From assembly GCA_035536815.1 (NCBI GenBank), contig DATLNJ010000145.1:24231-88230 (forward strand): a DNA stretch of 64,000 bases. Reading direction: 5' to 3'. The position numbers and the translations under genes are program-made. Positions within the stretch are counted from its first letter, which is position 1. Each line of letters opens with the position of its first letter. Source of the DNA: Frankiaceae bacterium (GTDB lineage: Bacteria; Actinomycetota; Actinomycetes; BP-191). The notes under the pieces were generated by a model that did no database searches, was not told the origin of the DNA, and saw only the letters and a list, made by a program, of their open reading frames with translations. This document shows positions 8,809-18,532 of this stretch, piece by piece.

Positions 8809-9228
8809 ATGGACGTTCCCGAGGTACAGCGCCGGCTCGCGGCGGCGCTGCGACTGCAGTACCGCTCCGCGCTGCTGCACGCGATCGCCGCGGGCGTCGT
8901 CGGCGGCCCGGACGGCGTCCTCGCGACCGACCTGCTCGCCGAGTACGCCGCTCTGGAGCTGGCCGACGTAGGACGGCTCGCCGACAAGCTCGTGTCGCTG
9001 GACGGAACGCCGCCGGCCGACCTCGGCACGCTGCCCGCGCTCTCCGGCGCCCTCAAGGACGTTCTGACCACCCTGGTGGAGACGGACGACGAGACGATCG
9101 CCGCGCTGCACAAGGTCATCGAGCCCTCCGGCCAGGAGCCGCGCTCGGAGGCGCTTGAGCACCTGATCGAGCACGTCATCACCCGCAAGCAGGCGCAGGT
9201 GGACCGGCTGCGCCGCGCCCTCCGCTAG
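8809..9228 (+). CDS. small helical (ferritin-like?) hypothetical protein
   Basis: 139-aa C-terminal part of ORF 8581..9228 from ATG (MDVPEVQRRLAAAL...). All-helical, acidic. Upstream part of the ORF is Arg-rich noise. Divergent from the PP2C gene. Confidence 0.45.
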   Translation: MDVPEVQRRLAAALRLQYRSALLHAIAAGVVGGPDGVLATDLLAEYAALELADVGRLADKLVSLDGTPPADLGTLPALSGALKDVLTTLVETDDETIAALHKVIEPSGQEPRSEALEHLIEHVITRKQAQVDRLRRALR

Positions 9229-9235
9229 TACGGCC

Positions 9236-11971
9236 CTAGGAGTCGGCGCGCACGGTTGCCGCGAGGATCGCGACGTCGTCGTGCGCGACGTCCGCGGCGA
9301 GCGCGGCCAGCGCCTCGTCGCAGAGCCGTTCCGGCCCGAACGCCCCCCGCGCACCGACCGCGAGCAGCATCGCGAGCCCGTCGTCCACCGGCCGGTCGCG
9401 GCTCTCCACCAGCCCGTCGGTGAACAGCAGCACGGTGGTGCCCGCGGAGAGCTCGCACACGACCTGCGGGTAGTCGCCGGGCCCCGCGCCGAGCGGCGGA
9501 CCCGGCTCGACCTCGGCGTACTCCGGGTCCCCGTCCGGCGGCACCAGCAACGGCGGCAGGTGGCCGGCCGACGCGACCGTCAGCGTCATCGCCGCCGTGT
9601 CCAGGACCGCGACCAACGCCGTCGTCAGCCGCTCCTGCTCGAGCCGGCCGGCGACGGCGTCGAGGCCGCGCAGCACCGCGGCCGGGTCGATCTCGGTAGC
9701 CACCAACGCCGTCGCGGCCGCCCGCATCTGCCCCATGACGGCGGCGGCGTCGAGGCCGCGGCCCATCACGTCGCCGATGACGAGCGCCGTGCGGTGCGGC
9801 GCGACGGGGATGACGTCGTACCAGTCGCCGCCGACGTGGACGCCGACGTCGGCCGGCGAGTAACGCCAGGCGATGTCGACGCCGCGGACCTCCGGCAGCC
9901 GCTGCGGCAGCAGGCTGTGCTGGAGCGTGACCGCGACCTCGCGCAGCCGGCCGAAGCTCTGCGCGTTGTAGAGGGCGATGGCGGCGCGCGCCGCGACCGC
10001 CTCGATCAGCTCGACGTCGTCGTCGGTGAACGGCTCCGGCGCACCGGTGCGGACCAGGCCGATGACACCCATGATCTCGCCGCCGACCCGCATCGCGACG
10101 GCGAGCGAGCTGGTTGGCGCGAGGCGGGCGACGTACGCCGGGTCGTCGAAGCTCTGCCCGATCCGCTGCCGGATCTCCTCGGGCGTCCTGCGGTACCGGA
10201 TGGTGCGGCCGGTGCGCAGCGCCTCGACCACCCCGCCCGCCGCGTGCAGGTCGATGGCGGTGGTGAAGAACCGCTCGTTCAGGAATGCGTCCAGCTCGGC
10301 GTCGCGGTGCGCCACGACGATCGGGCGCGCCTTGGCCGTCCCCGGGTCCGGCTGGTACACCGCACCCCATTCGGCGAACTGCGGCACGAGCACCGACATC
10401 AGGTGGCGTGACGTCTCGTCCGGCTCCAGCGACGAGCCGAGCAGGTCGGTGGTTCGCGACAGGAAGGCGAACCGTTCGCGGGCCGCGCGTTCGATGGCGA
10501 TGAGGTTCGAGCGTTCCAGCGCGAGCGCGGTCTGCGCGGCGAGCGCGGCGACGAACGCGCGTTCCTCGAGGTCGAAGATGCGCGGCTCCGCGAACGAGAA
10601 CCGCAGGGCGCCGACGACGGTGTCGCCGGCGACGAGCGGCACGGCGCAGAGCGAGACGGTCGTCGGCTCGAGCGCGGCGAGCTCAGGGAACCGCTTGTCC
10701 CGCTCGGCGGGCGACTCGAGCCAGACGGCCTCGCCGGTACGCAGCGTGTGCGCCCCCGGCAGCTCGGCGTCCGGCCGTTCGGCGCGCAGCCGCTCGACCA
10801 CCGCCTCCGAGTAGCCGACGACGCCGGGGACGCCGAGGTGCTCGTCGTCCAGCGGCATGAGCAGGCCGCCGCCGGACGCGCCGAGCGCGGCGACGCCCTC
10901 GGTGACGACGACCGCCGCGACGTCCTCGGGCGCGACGGCGCGGGCGAGCGCCGCGGTCACCGTCTGCAGCCGCGCGCCGCGGTCGGCGAGCCGTTGCGCC
11001 GCCGCCACGGACCCGACCTCGGCGAGCAGGAACTCCTCGAACGACGCCACGCCGGGCGGTGCCTCACCCGCGGCCACGGCGCGCAGCTGCGTGACGAGCG
11101 AGCCGACGTACCAGCGGCGGAACGCGCGGTGCTGCGGCGGCGTCGCGAGCGTGAGCAGCCGGGCCGCGCGCGCGTAGTGGTCGACCTCGTCGAGCGCGTG
11201 CAGGTAGTCGGCGCCCGCGTCGGCCGCGGACACCGGGAGCCGCAGCACGAGGTGCGTCCGCGGCTGCGCCGACGAGGCCGCCCCGACCGCCTGCCGCTTG
11301 ATCGACTCGCGCGCGGCGGCGAACCGCGTGGTGACCGTCTTGATCAGGTCGGCCAGGTGCGCGGGGACCGTGGCGCTCTGGCCGGCCGCCGCGCCCGCCG
11401 CCGCGAGCGTGAACTCGCGGACCAGGTTGTCGACGTGCGACTTCGCGTCGATGAGGAGGTCCGTGGGGACGTCGCCGAGCTCGACGTCGTACATCTGCTC
11501 GCCGAGCAGCAGGTCGTCGTGGTCGATCCACGCGTCGGGGAACAGCGGCACGACCGTCGCCGTCGCCTGCTCGCCGGCGACGAGCTCCGCCCAGACGACC
11601 TTGCCGGTGCCGCGCGAGTCGGAGCCGACGCGGCGCGCGAGCGCCGCGACGAGGTGCAGCCCGCGGCCGGTCATGCTGTTGACGCCGGCCAGGCCCCGGA
11701 ACGGCAGGTTCGGGTTCCCGTCCTCGACCTCGAGCCGTGCCATCGTCTCGGTGGCGAGCACCCGCACGTGGATCGGCTCCAAGCCGTGCAGGACGGCGTT
11801 CGTCACCAGCTCGGTCATGATCACCGACGCGTCGTCGACCAGGTCGTCGAGCCCGATCGCCGCGAGCGTCTCCATGGCGAGCCGCCGCGCGCGGGGTACG
11901 GCGTCCGGCTCGGCGGTGAAGCGGAGGTTCGCGTCCGCGATCCAGCCGGCGCCATTGTGTGAAGGCGTCAC
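9236..11971 (-). CDS. multidomain partner-switch regulator: RsbW-like HATPase + GAF + PP2C phosphatase
   Basis: N-terminus SVIMTELVTNAVLHG...GRGLHLV (anti-sigma kinase HATPase fold); central GAF-like segments; C-terminal PP2C motifs GGDWYDVIP...IGDVMGRGLDAAAVMGQ...FTDGLVE. Confidence 0.8.
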   Translation of the reverse strand: MTPSHNGAGWIADANLRFTAEPDAVPRARRLAMETLAAIGLDDLVDDASVIMTELVTNAVLHGLEPIHVRVLATETMARLEVEDGNPNLPFRGLAGVNSMTGRGLHLVAALARRVGSDSRGTGKVVWAELVAGEQATATVVPLFPDAWIDHDDLLLGEQMYDVELGDVPTDLLIDAKSHVDNLVREFTLAAAGAAAGQSATVPAHLADLIKTVTTRFAAARESIKRQAVGAASSAQPRTHLVLRLPVSAADAGADYLHALDEVDHYARAARLLTLATPPQHRAFRRWYVGSLVTQLRAVAAGEAPPGVASFEEFLLAEVGSVAAAQRLADRGARLQTVTAALARAVAPEDVAAVVVTEGVAALGASGGGLLMPLDDEHLGVPGVVGYSEAVVERLRAERPDAELPGAHTLRTGEAVWLESPAERDKRFPELAALEPTTVSLCAVPLVAGDTVVGALRFSFAEPRIFDLEERAFVAALAAQTALALERSNLIAIERAARERFAFLSRTTDLLGSSLEPDETSRHLMSVLVPQFAEWGAVYQPDPGTAKARPIVVAHRDAELDAFLNERFFTTAIDLHAAGGVVEALRTGRTIRYRRTPEEIRQRIGQSFDDPAYVARLAPTSSLAVAMRVGGEIMGVIGLVRTGAPEPFTDDDVELIEAVAARAAIALYNAQSFGRLREVAVTLQHSLLPQRLPEVRGVDIAWRYSPADVGVHVGGDWYDVIPVAPHRTALVIGDVMGRGLDAAAVMGQMRAAATALVATEIDPAAVLRGLDAVAGRLEQERLTTALVAVLDTAAMTLTVASAGHLPPLLVPPDGDPEYAEVEPGPPLGAGPGDYPQVVCELSAGTTVLLFTDGLVESRDRPVDDGLAMLLAVGARGAFGPERLCDEALAALAADVAHDDVAILAATVRADS

Positions 11972-12099
11972 CGGCCGATCATGCCGGGTTCGGGATCAAT
12001 CCGGGAGCAGGCGGCGGCGGGAAACGGACACACCGGTCCAGACCGCCCGCGGAACCCGCCCCGCCGCCGTCCCGCGGGTTCGACGGCGCTCGCCACCGG

Positions 12100-12867
12100 T
12101 CAGATCCAGCCGAGGTCGCTGAACTCAGGGAAGCCCTGCCAGTAGAGGCCCCACCCGGCGAGCAGCGCCGTCGCCACCCCGAACGCGCACAGCAGCAGGC
12201 CGCTGCGCCGCCGGACTCCCCAGCCGGCGAACGCCACCGCGGCGGCGAGCGTGAACACCGGCGTCCCGCCCTCGATGCCGTTGGTCGCGACGGTCAGCCC
12301 GAACAGCGCCGCGAGCGGCCACCGCCACGCGCTGACCACGGCCGCCGGCGTCAGCGCGAGCGCCGCGACCAGCAGGTACAGGCCGCCGTACCAGAGGTAG
12401 TGCCCGACGACCTCGTCCCACAGGTGCACGGGTGCGGCGTCGCCGCGGGCATTGCCGACGGAGTTGGCCGCCAGGTGGATGCCGTGCCCCTCGACGTAGG
12501 CGATCGCACCCGCGGCGGCGACGAGCCACGCGCGCCGGCGCGCGCCGGCCGCCGCGAGCGCGGCGAGCGCCGACCCGACGACCGCGAACGGCGTCAGCAG
12601 GTCGACCCAGTCGGCCCACTCCGTGCGGCCGCCGACCTCGCCGAACGGGCCGACGAGGGTGCCGACGTGGTGGCCGAGGACGACCGCGACGGCGAACGCC
12701 GCGAGCCAGCGGGAGTAACGCACCCCCGCAGCCTGCCGGTCCCCGCCGCCGCGCCGGGTACGCCACGCCGGGCCGGGCCGGGCCGACTCTGCCGGTCGCG
12801 CGCGGGCGGCGGTGTCCGCGCCGCGGAGGCCGGCGGTCTCCGGACGACGCCGGCGCGCACGGGACAT
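12100..12867 (-). CDS. integral membrane protein (hypothetical)
   Basis: Multiple hydrophobic helices (WLAAFAVAVVLG..., YLWYGGLYLLVAALALTPAAVV...). First ~48 aa of the ORF are Arg-rich; true start likely internal (near 12723). Confidence 0.5.
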   Translation of the reverse strand: MSRARRRRPETAGLRGADTAARARPAESARPGPAWRTRRGGGDRQAAGVRYSRWLAAFAVAVVLGHHVGTLVGPFGEVGGRTEWADWVDLLTPFAVVGSALAALAAAGARRRAWLVAAAGAIAYVEGHGIHLAANSVGNARGDAAPVHLWDEVVGHYLWYGGLYLLVAALALTPAAVVSAWRWPLAALFGLTVATNGIEGGTPVFTLAAAVAFAGWGVRRRSGLLLCAFGVATALLAGWGLYWQGFPEFSDLGWI

Positions 12868-13127
12868 GTCGCGGGTGGGGCGGCGTCACCGGAGGCGCGG
12901 CACAGTGGACGGCAGCCGTGCGCCGCACGCGGTACCCGTCGGCGCGGCGTGCCTATCGGGACACGGCGATCCGAAGTTCCCCGGCGGGACCTGGGGACGT
13001 TCGGAAATATCCTGGAAAGTCTCGACACGATGTCCGCGAATCATTACGTTCCCCCCTGTCGCCGCGTGCGGCCACGTTACCTCGCTCCCTACGCGAGGTG
13101 CCGCTGCGCGGGATAACGGGAGGAATC

Positions 13128-13706
13128 TTGATCAAGAAGCTTGCGATGGCGGCCCTCGCCGTGGGCGCGCTCGCGCTCAACGCACCGGCCGCGCAGGCCG
13201 ACGCGCCGACCGTCGACTGCCGGCTCCGCTCGGTCCAGCAGGACACGGTCACGGGCCAGACGTTCCAGGGCGCGCTCGGCGGCGTCATCGCCCACAGCGA
13301 CCCGACCACGGTAACGATCAAGTGCCGGGTCACCGTCAACGGCGTGACCGCCGCCTCGACTGACACGGGCACCGGCGTCGGCGTCGCCGCGACGGCGAAG
13401 GACATCTCCTTCGCGGCGGGTGACGCGGACGTCGTCAAGGTGTGCGCGGACTTCACCTCGAGCCACGGCTCGGGCACGATCTGCGTCACAATCGGCATCA
13501 TCCAGGTCCCGCCGCAGGTCGTGTACGACACGCTCGACCCCGTACTCGACGTCGTGTGGGGCACTGTGGACCCCGTCGTCTGCGCGGAGCTGAAGAAGCT
13601 CGCGGGCAGCTACGCGGGTGGCGCGATCGTCATCAACAGCCAGGGCGACGTGTACGTCAACAACGCGCCGCAGTACGACTGCCCGCCGTACGACATCGTC
13701 TGGTAG
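13128..13706 (+). CDS. secreted Cys-containing hypothetical protein, paralog A
   Basis: Signal peptide LIKKLAMAALAVGALALNAPAAQA. GGGAGGA upstream but only 3 nt from the TTG start, so the start codon is tentative (ATG at 13146 also in frame). About 60% identical to paralog B over the shared region. Confidence 0.6.
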   Translation: MIKKLAMAALAVGALALNAPAAQADAPTVDCRLRSVQQDTVTGQTFQGALGGVIAHSDPTTVTIKCRVTVNGVTAASTDTGTGVGVAATAKDISFAAGDADVVKVCADFTSSHGSGTICVTIGIIQVPPQVVYDTLDPVLDVVWGTVDPVVCAELKKLAGSYAGGAIVINSQGDVYVNNAPQYDCPPYDIVW

Positions 13707-13734
13707 CTCCATCCCGGTAATTCCTGGCGTCATC

Positions 13735-13769
13735 CCGTGGGGCAGCCGATTCTGTCGGCTGCCCCACGG
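13735..13769. terminator. GC hairpin (14-bp perfect stem ccgtggggcagccg / cggctgccccacgg, 7-nt loop) after paralog A
   Basis: Inverted repeat read directly; about 30 nt after the stop codon. Confidence 0.5.
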
Positions 13770-14054
13770 CGTTGTCCCCGAGTTTGCGCGTCCGCCGGAG
13801 ACCACGGCACGTCGATGAGCACTTCCGGCGTGAGAAGCACGACGCGGCCGGGCACACACATTCGCCCGGAAACCTCAGGGCGGGAGCGTCGGACGTCGGC
13901 GAGTGCGCACGTCACTGCGTACTTGTCGCGTCGACGCGGAGCCGCCGAGCGGTGGACACGTGGTCGCCGCGCGGCGCGGCATCGCGGCAGGTGGCGCCCG
14001 TCCCGGCGACGAAGGGCTCCCCCCACATCCCCTCCGAGCGGAAGCGAGACCCCT

Positions 14055-14234
14055 ATGAAGACCACGCTCAGCCTGAAGCGCGAACGGCTCATGGAGCTGT
14101 CCGTGGCCGACCTGACGAGCGTCCACGGCGGCCACGCCATCACCGCCGTCGGCTTCACCTGCCCGCTGCGCAACTGCGACCTCGGCATCACCGAGACGAG
14201 CTGCGAGTGCTGCACCGCGTCGGGCAGCTGCTAG
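14055..14234 (+). CDS. double-glycine-leader Cys/Ser/Thr-rich peptide P1 (59 aa): MKTTLSLKRERLMELSVADLTSVHGG-HAITAVGFTCPLRNCDLGITETSCECCTASGSC
   Basis: C-terminal 59 codons of ORF 13737..14234 from the in-frame ATG. Leader matches the motif shared with P2/P3. Core has 6 Cys. Confidence 0.55.
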   Translation: MKTTLSLKRERLMELSVADLTSVHGGHAITAVGFTCPLRNCDLGITETSCECCTASGSC

Positions 14235-14467
14235 CCCGACCCGCATGCGGCGCCGCTTCCGGTGCCGCCAGAACACCTCGCGTGCTCGGCGGCACTGGGA
14301 GCCGGCGGGGCTCCTGCGCGGGTCGGGGGCCTGACCACTTTTGAGCATGTGCGGGTTTTCTCTGGACGATGCCCCTCCGCGTCCTTATGTTCTCGCCAGC
14401 CCGCGCCGCGGTTCCTCTTCTCGTTCCCTACGCGAGATGCCGCCGCACGGGACAACGGAGGAAACCC

Positions 14468-15499
14468 TTGTTGAAGAAGCTTGCCATGGCGAGCCTCGCG
14501 TTGAGCGCGCTCGCGCTCAACGCGCCGGCCGCCCAGGCCGACCAGCCCACGCACGACTGCCGCCTCCGCTCGGTCCAGCAGGACACGGTCACGGGCCAGA
14601 CACACCAAGGCGCGCTCGCCGGCGTGATCACGCACGCGGACACGAGCAACGTGTCGATCCGCTGCCGCGTCACGGTCAACGGCGTCACGGTTGCGGCGAC
14701 CCCGGTCGGGACCGGCCCAGGCGTCGCCACCACCGAGAGCGACGTCTCGTTCGCCGCCGGCGACACGGACGTCGTCCGCGTGTGCGCGGACTTCACCTCG
14801 GCCCACGGCTCCGGCACGGTGTGCGTTCTGGTCGGCATCACCGAAGTCCCGCCCCAGGTCGTCTGGGACACCCTCGACGCCGCGCTCGGCGAGCTGTGGC
14901 CGCTCATCGACCCGGTCGTGTGCGAGGTGCTGAAGCAGATCACCGGCAACCACCCCGGCGGGGTCGTCGTCAACGACCAGGGCGACGTGTACGTCAACGG
15001 CGAGCTCGTCTGGGACTGCCCGCCGTACGAGGTCGGCGGGCCGTCCGAGCCGCCGCCGCCGCCTAGCGTGCGGTCCGCGGTCGTCGGTTATATCCGGATC
15101 GTCCGCGACGGCAGCGCGGCGCAGCCCACGACGACCTGGGTCGCGAGCGGTGCGCTGTCGGACCCGAACCAGTGGAGCTGCACCGGCAGCGGGGGTAGCA
15201 CGTCGTACACCGTCACCTGCACGCCCCTCGTGCTGCCGGTCGACGTCAACTACACCTGCGACGTCCTGCACGCCGACATCTACGCGACCACCGCCGGCGC
15301 GTCCGGGCGGACGTCCATGGACTGCAACAGCGACGGCATCCCGGAGGCGCAGACCGGCCAGCAGTTCGGACCGGGCGGCTACGACTTCGTCTGGGCCGCT
15401 AGCACGATGCCCGTGACGGCGTTCACCTGCACGCTCGACCTCGCGGTCCCCACCGTGACCGCCGGCTGCGGCGACCCCGGCCTGGTCGGCATCGAGTAG
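14468..15499 (+). CDS. secreted Cys-containing hypothetical protein, paralog B (longer, extra C-terminal domain)
   Basis: Signal peptide LLKKLAMASLALSALALNAPAAQA; GGAGGA 5 nt upstream of TTG. N-terminal 190 aa paralogous to 13128..13706; the upstream 110 nt is also duplicated. Confidence 0.65.
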   Translation: MLKKLAMASLALSALALNAPAAQADQPTHDCRLRSVQQDTVTGQTHQGALAGVITHADTSNVSIRCRVTVNGVTVAATPVGTGPGVATTESDVSFAAGDTDVVRVCADFTSAHGSGTVCVLVGITEVPPQVVWDTLDAALGELWPLIDPVVCEVLKQITGNHPGGVVVNDQGDVYVNGELVWDCPPYEVGGPSEPPPPPSVRSAVVGYIRIVRDGSAAQPTTTWVASGALSDPNQWSCTGSGGSTSYTVTCTPLVLPVDVNYTCDVLHADIYATTAGASGRTSMDCNSDGIPEAQTGQQFGPGGYDFVWAASTMPVTAFTCTLDLAVPTVTAGCGDPGLVGIE

Positions 15500-15509
15500 C
15501 ACCACCTGC

Positions 15510-15555
15510 CGTACGACGAACGACCCTCGGTTACCCGGGGGTCGTTCGTCGTACC
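15510..15555. terminator. GC hairpin (16-bp perfect stem gtacgacgaacgaccc / gggtcgttcgtcgtac) after paralog B
   Basis: Perfect inverted repeat read directly, 11 nt after the stop. Confidence 0.55.
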
Positions 15556-15970
15556 GGTCAGCAAGCCCGCTCGACGTTCTTGCGGGCGGCGGTACCGCTC
15601 ACGCGGAAGGCGCGGGAAACAACGCCGCCGAAAGCGACGACCGTCGAGTGGCGCCGAAGCCTTTCGCTGCCGGAGATGGTCCGGCGGCGCGGCGCTGTCA
15701 CAGCTGCTTCTCGATGTCGAAGCCAGGTGGTCCTTTCGAATCACGGCAACACCGAACGCGGCCAGCGGCTCCGCGCGTGTCGTCGGCTGCCCTCGCGTGG
15801 CGGCTCGTGGCGCCTGGTGCGGCTGAGACTCGTCCACGACGACGGGCCGGGCCTGGCACGCACACCTGAGCTGGATGCCGGTCGCCCGGTCGGGACGCCA
15901 ATCCCCGTTGTGCGCGGCACCTGGCGCCGTTACGGTCCGCTTCTCCCTACCCCAGAACTGGAGCGGTCCC

Positions 15971-16273
15971 ATGACTCCGCAACGCCTCCTGGCCCGCGTG
16001 GCCGCCGTCTCCGCACTCGCCGTCGTCCCTGTCGTGGCCGCCACGGCCCCCGCGTCGGCGAACGAGTACGACGTCGGCTGCCTCATCTACCCCGGCATCC
16101 TCGTCGGCGAGGAGACGTGGACCAAGGGCTGCCCGTATGACGTCTCGGTCAAGTGCGAGCCGGCCTGCGACGAGCTCCAGGCCCTCGTCAAGCCGCTCAC
16201 GTACTACGCGTACGACACCAAGGACTACCTGCTGGCCAAGACCTGCGAGACCGAGCCGCGGCTCTGCGAGTGA
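15971..16273 (+). CDS. small secreted 6-Cys protein (100 aa; mature ~70 aa)
   Basis: Signal peptide MTPQRLLARVAAVSALAVVPVVAATAPASA. Mature NEYDVGCLIYPGILVGEETWTKGCPYDVSVKCEPACDELQALVKPLTYYAYDTKDYLLAKTCETEPRLCE. Convergent with the S8 protease gene. Confidence 0.6.
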   Translation: MTPQRLLARVAAVSALAVVPVVAATAPASANEYDVGCLIYPGILVGEETWTKGCPYDVSVKCEPACDELQALVKPLTYYAYDTKDYLLAKTCETEPRLCE

Positions 16274-16275
16274 CC

Positions 16276-16321
16276 GCCTTCGCGGCTCGTGGCGCGGGGT
16301 TCGACGCCCGCGCCACGAGCC
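16276..16321. terminator. bidirectional GC hairpin between convergent genes
   Basis: gcggctcgtggcgcgggg ... cccgcgccacgagccgc inverted repeat between stops at 16273 (+) and 16330 (-). Confidence 0.45.
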
Positions 16322-16329
16322 GCCTCAGC

Positions 16330-18099
16330 TCAGAACTGCAGGCTCCACGAGTCGATGTAGCCCGTGTCGCCGGAGTAGATGTCCTGCACCCGCAGCTTCC
16401 ACGTGCCGCTCGCCGTCTCCGTCGAGGCGTTCACCGTGTACGTCGCGAGGACGTTGTCGGCCGAGTCCGAGCTGCTCGAGTTCTTCAGCCGGTACAGCGA
16501 CCCGTCCGGGGCCACCAGGTCGATGACCAGGTCGCCGCGGAACGTGTGCTTGATGTCGACCGGGACCTTCAGCGTCGACGGGGCGAGGCCGGTCCGGCTG
16601 ACGCTGATCGGGCTCTCGACCGTCGCGTTGTCGCTGATCGTGTAGTTGTTCGAGTTCGTGAACAGCGACGGCGACGTGCCGCCGCCCATCACCGCGGTGA
16701 TGGTCTTCGCGGCATCGACGAGGCCGGCCCCGCAGCCACCGCTGCAGGTGCCGGGGATCGCGCGGACGTTCGCCTTGAGAGTCGCCTCGACGTCGGCCGG
16801 GGTCATCGACTTCTTGCTGAGCATGAGCGCGACCAGGCCGGCGACGTGCGGCGTCGCCATGCTGGTGCCCTCGTAGTAGACGTACGCCTCGGTGGTCGGC
16901 GTCGTGGTGCCGCTGTTGAGCGTCGAGGCGATGCCGTTGGCGGCCGCGACGTCGAGCTCGCCACCGGGCGCGGACACGTCCACGACGGTGCCGTAGTTCG
17001 AGTACGACGCGCGGTTGCCGGTGCGGTCGAGTGCGGCGACCGTGACGACGTTCGCGCAGTTCGCCGGCTGCGAGCCGGACGCGTTGACGTTCTCGTTGCC
17101 GGCCGCGACGACGACCGTCGCGCCGCGGCTCACCGCGGCGTTGATGGCGTTCTGGTACGTCGCGCCGCAGGTACCGCCGCCGCCGAGGCTCATGTTGACG
17201 ACCTTGGCCGGGTTGGCGTTGGCGGGGACGCCGGTGACGGTGCCGCCGGCCGCCCAGATGACGCCGTCGGCGATGTCGGACAGCGTGCCGCCGCACTTGC
17301 CGAGAACGCGGACCGGGACGACCTTCGCGTTGAACGCGACACCGGCGACGCCCTTGGCGTTGTTGGAGACCGCGGCCACGGTGCCCGCGACGTGGGTGCC
17401 GTGCCACGAGCTGTTCGAGCCGTACGGGAGCCCGCACTCGCCGGCCGCCCACCAGTCGCCCTGGTCGGCCGCGTTGCTGTCCCGGCCGTTGCCGTCGCGG
17501 GCGGCGGTGGCGCTGGAGATGAAGTCGTAGCCCGCGAGGATGTTCGCGGACAGGTCGGAGTGCGTGGTGATGCCGGTGTCGACGACCGCGACGACCTGGC
17601 CGGTGCCCGTGGCGTTGTCCCACGCGGCCGGCAGGTTCATCCCGGCGGTGGCCTCGTGGTAGTGCCACTGCACGCCGTAGTGGGTGTCGTTCGGCGTCAG
17701 CAACGACCTCATGACGGCGTCCGGCTCGACGTAGCCGACGCCGGGGCGGGCCGCGACGGTGGCCATGAGCGCGCGCGACGCCGCCGCGTCGAGCCGTGCG
17801 TCGGTCGAGAACAGCACGCCGCCGGTCGCGATCCGTCGGACGAAGCCGAGGCGGTGCCCGGCGGCGACGCCGGCCGCGGTGAGCTCGGCGCGCGCCGCTG
17901 TGTCGTCCAGCGCGGCCGGCGCGCCGACCGTGAAGTGCACGATGAAGCGGTCGTACGTGCTGGTGGCGTCGACGGCGGCGTCGTTGGTGCGGCCGCGGAG
18001 TGAGGGGTCGTCGGCCGACGCGGCCGGGGCGGTCAGTAGGGTGACCGCCGCCAGTGCGACGGCCGTGGTGAGCGCGCAGGTGCGCGGGAACGACTTCAA
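16330..18099 (-). CDS. secreted subtilisin-like serine protease (S8) with C-terminal P/proprotein-convertase domain
   Basis: Signal peptide plus pro-region. Catalytic motifs VAVVDTGI (Asp), HGTHVAGTVAA (His), GTSMATPHVAG (Ser). C-terminal ~110 aa beta-rich P-domain-like (FRGDLVIDLVAPDGSLYRL). Confidence 0.85.
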   Translation of the reverse strand: MKSFPRTCALTTAVALAAVTLLTAPAASADDPSLRGRTNDAAVDATSTYDRFIVHFTVGAPAALDDTAARAELTAAGVAAGHRLGFVRRIATGGVLFSTDARLDAAASRALMATVAARPGVGYVEPDAVMRSLLTPNDTHYGVQWHYHEATAGMNLPAAWDNATGTGQVVAVVDTGITTHSDLSANILAGYDFISSATAARDGNGRDSNAADQGDWWAAGECGLPYGSNSSWHGTHVAGTVAAVSNNAKGVAGVAFNAKVVPVRVLGKCGGTLSDIADGVIWAAGGTVTGVPANANPAKVVNMSLGGGGTCGATYQNAINAAVSRGATVVVAAGNENVNASGSQPANCANVVTVAALDRTGNRASYSNYGTVVDVSAPGGELDVAAANGIASTLNSGTTTPTTEAYVYYEGTSMATPHVAGLVALMLSKKSMTPADVEATLKANVRAIPGTCSGGCGAGLVDAAKTITAVMGGGTSPSLFTNSNNYTISDNATVESPISVSRTGLAPSTLKVPVDIKHTFRGDLVIDLVAPDGSLYRLKNSSSSDSADNVLATYTVNASTETASGTWKLRVQDIYSGDTGYIDSWSLQF

Positions 18100-18214
18100 G
18101 CCAGAGCCTCCAGGTCCCCCCAGGAAACGGACATATCTGGGCGAACCTAGACCCGTACCTTGCTCACCTCGAAGTGAGTCTTAGGTAGCCCTGTCGCCAT
18201 AGTGCACCGGCCGA

Positions 18215-18388
18215 TCACCGCAGGCAGGGGTAGAAGAGCTGGCTGAACATCCGCTCGACCCAGCCGGTGACGCACTCCGGCGTCGGGCAGAGCATCGTCG
18301 CGTCGCCGCCAGCGACCGCCTCGAGCTCGCCGGTGCTCAGCTCGGTGAGCGTCTCCTTGGTCAACGTCAGCTTGCGAACGGCGCGCAC
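18215..18388 (-). CDS. double-glycine-leader peptide P2 (57 aa): (M)RAVRKLTLTKETLTELSTGELEAVAGG-DATMLCPTPECVTGWVERMFSQLFYPCLR
   Basis: Hand-translated from the minus strand. GGAGGA present but only 3 nt upstream of the GTG start, so the start is tentative. Leader aligns with P3 nearly residue for residue. Confidence 0.55.
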   Translation of the reverse strand: MRAVRKLTLTKETLTELSTGELEAVAGGDATMLCPTPECVTGWVERMFSQLFYPCLR

Positions 18389-18532
18389 GTGTCCTCCAGG
18401 CAGGGGTGGCAGAAGTCGACGGTACGGCGCCGCGGGCCGGTGGCACGGTGGCCGGACGGCGACTGTTCGGCTACCGCGCCGCGACCGCGCCGCGACCCCG
18501 CCGCCGGCGCCGCCCCGGCGGTAGCCTCGCCG

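Noticed and set aside
7791-9188. 465-aa minus-strand ORF overlapping the PP2C gene and ferritin-like gene
   Set aside because: Arg-rich shadow ORF; both overlapped genes have clear domain motifs.
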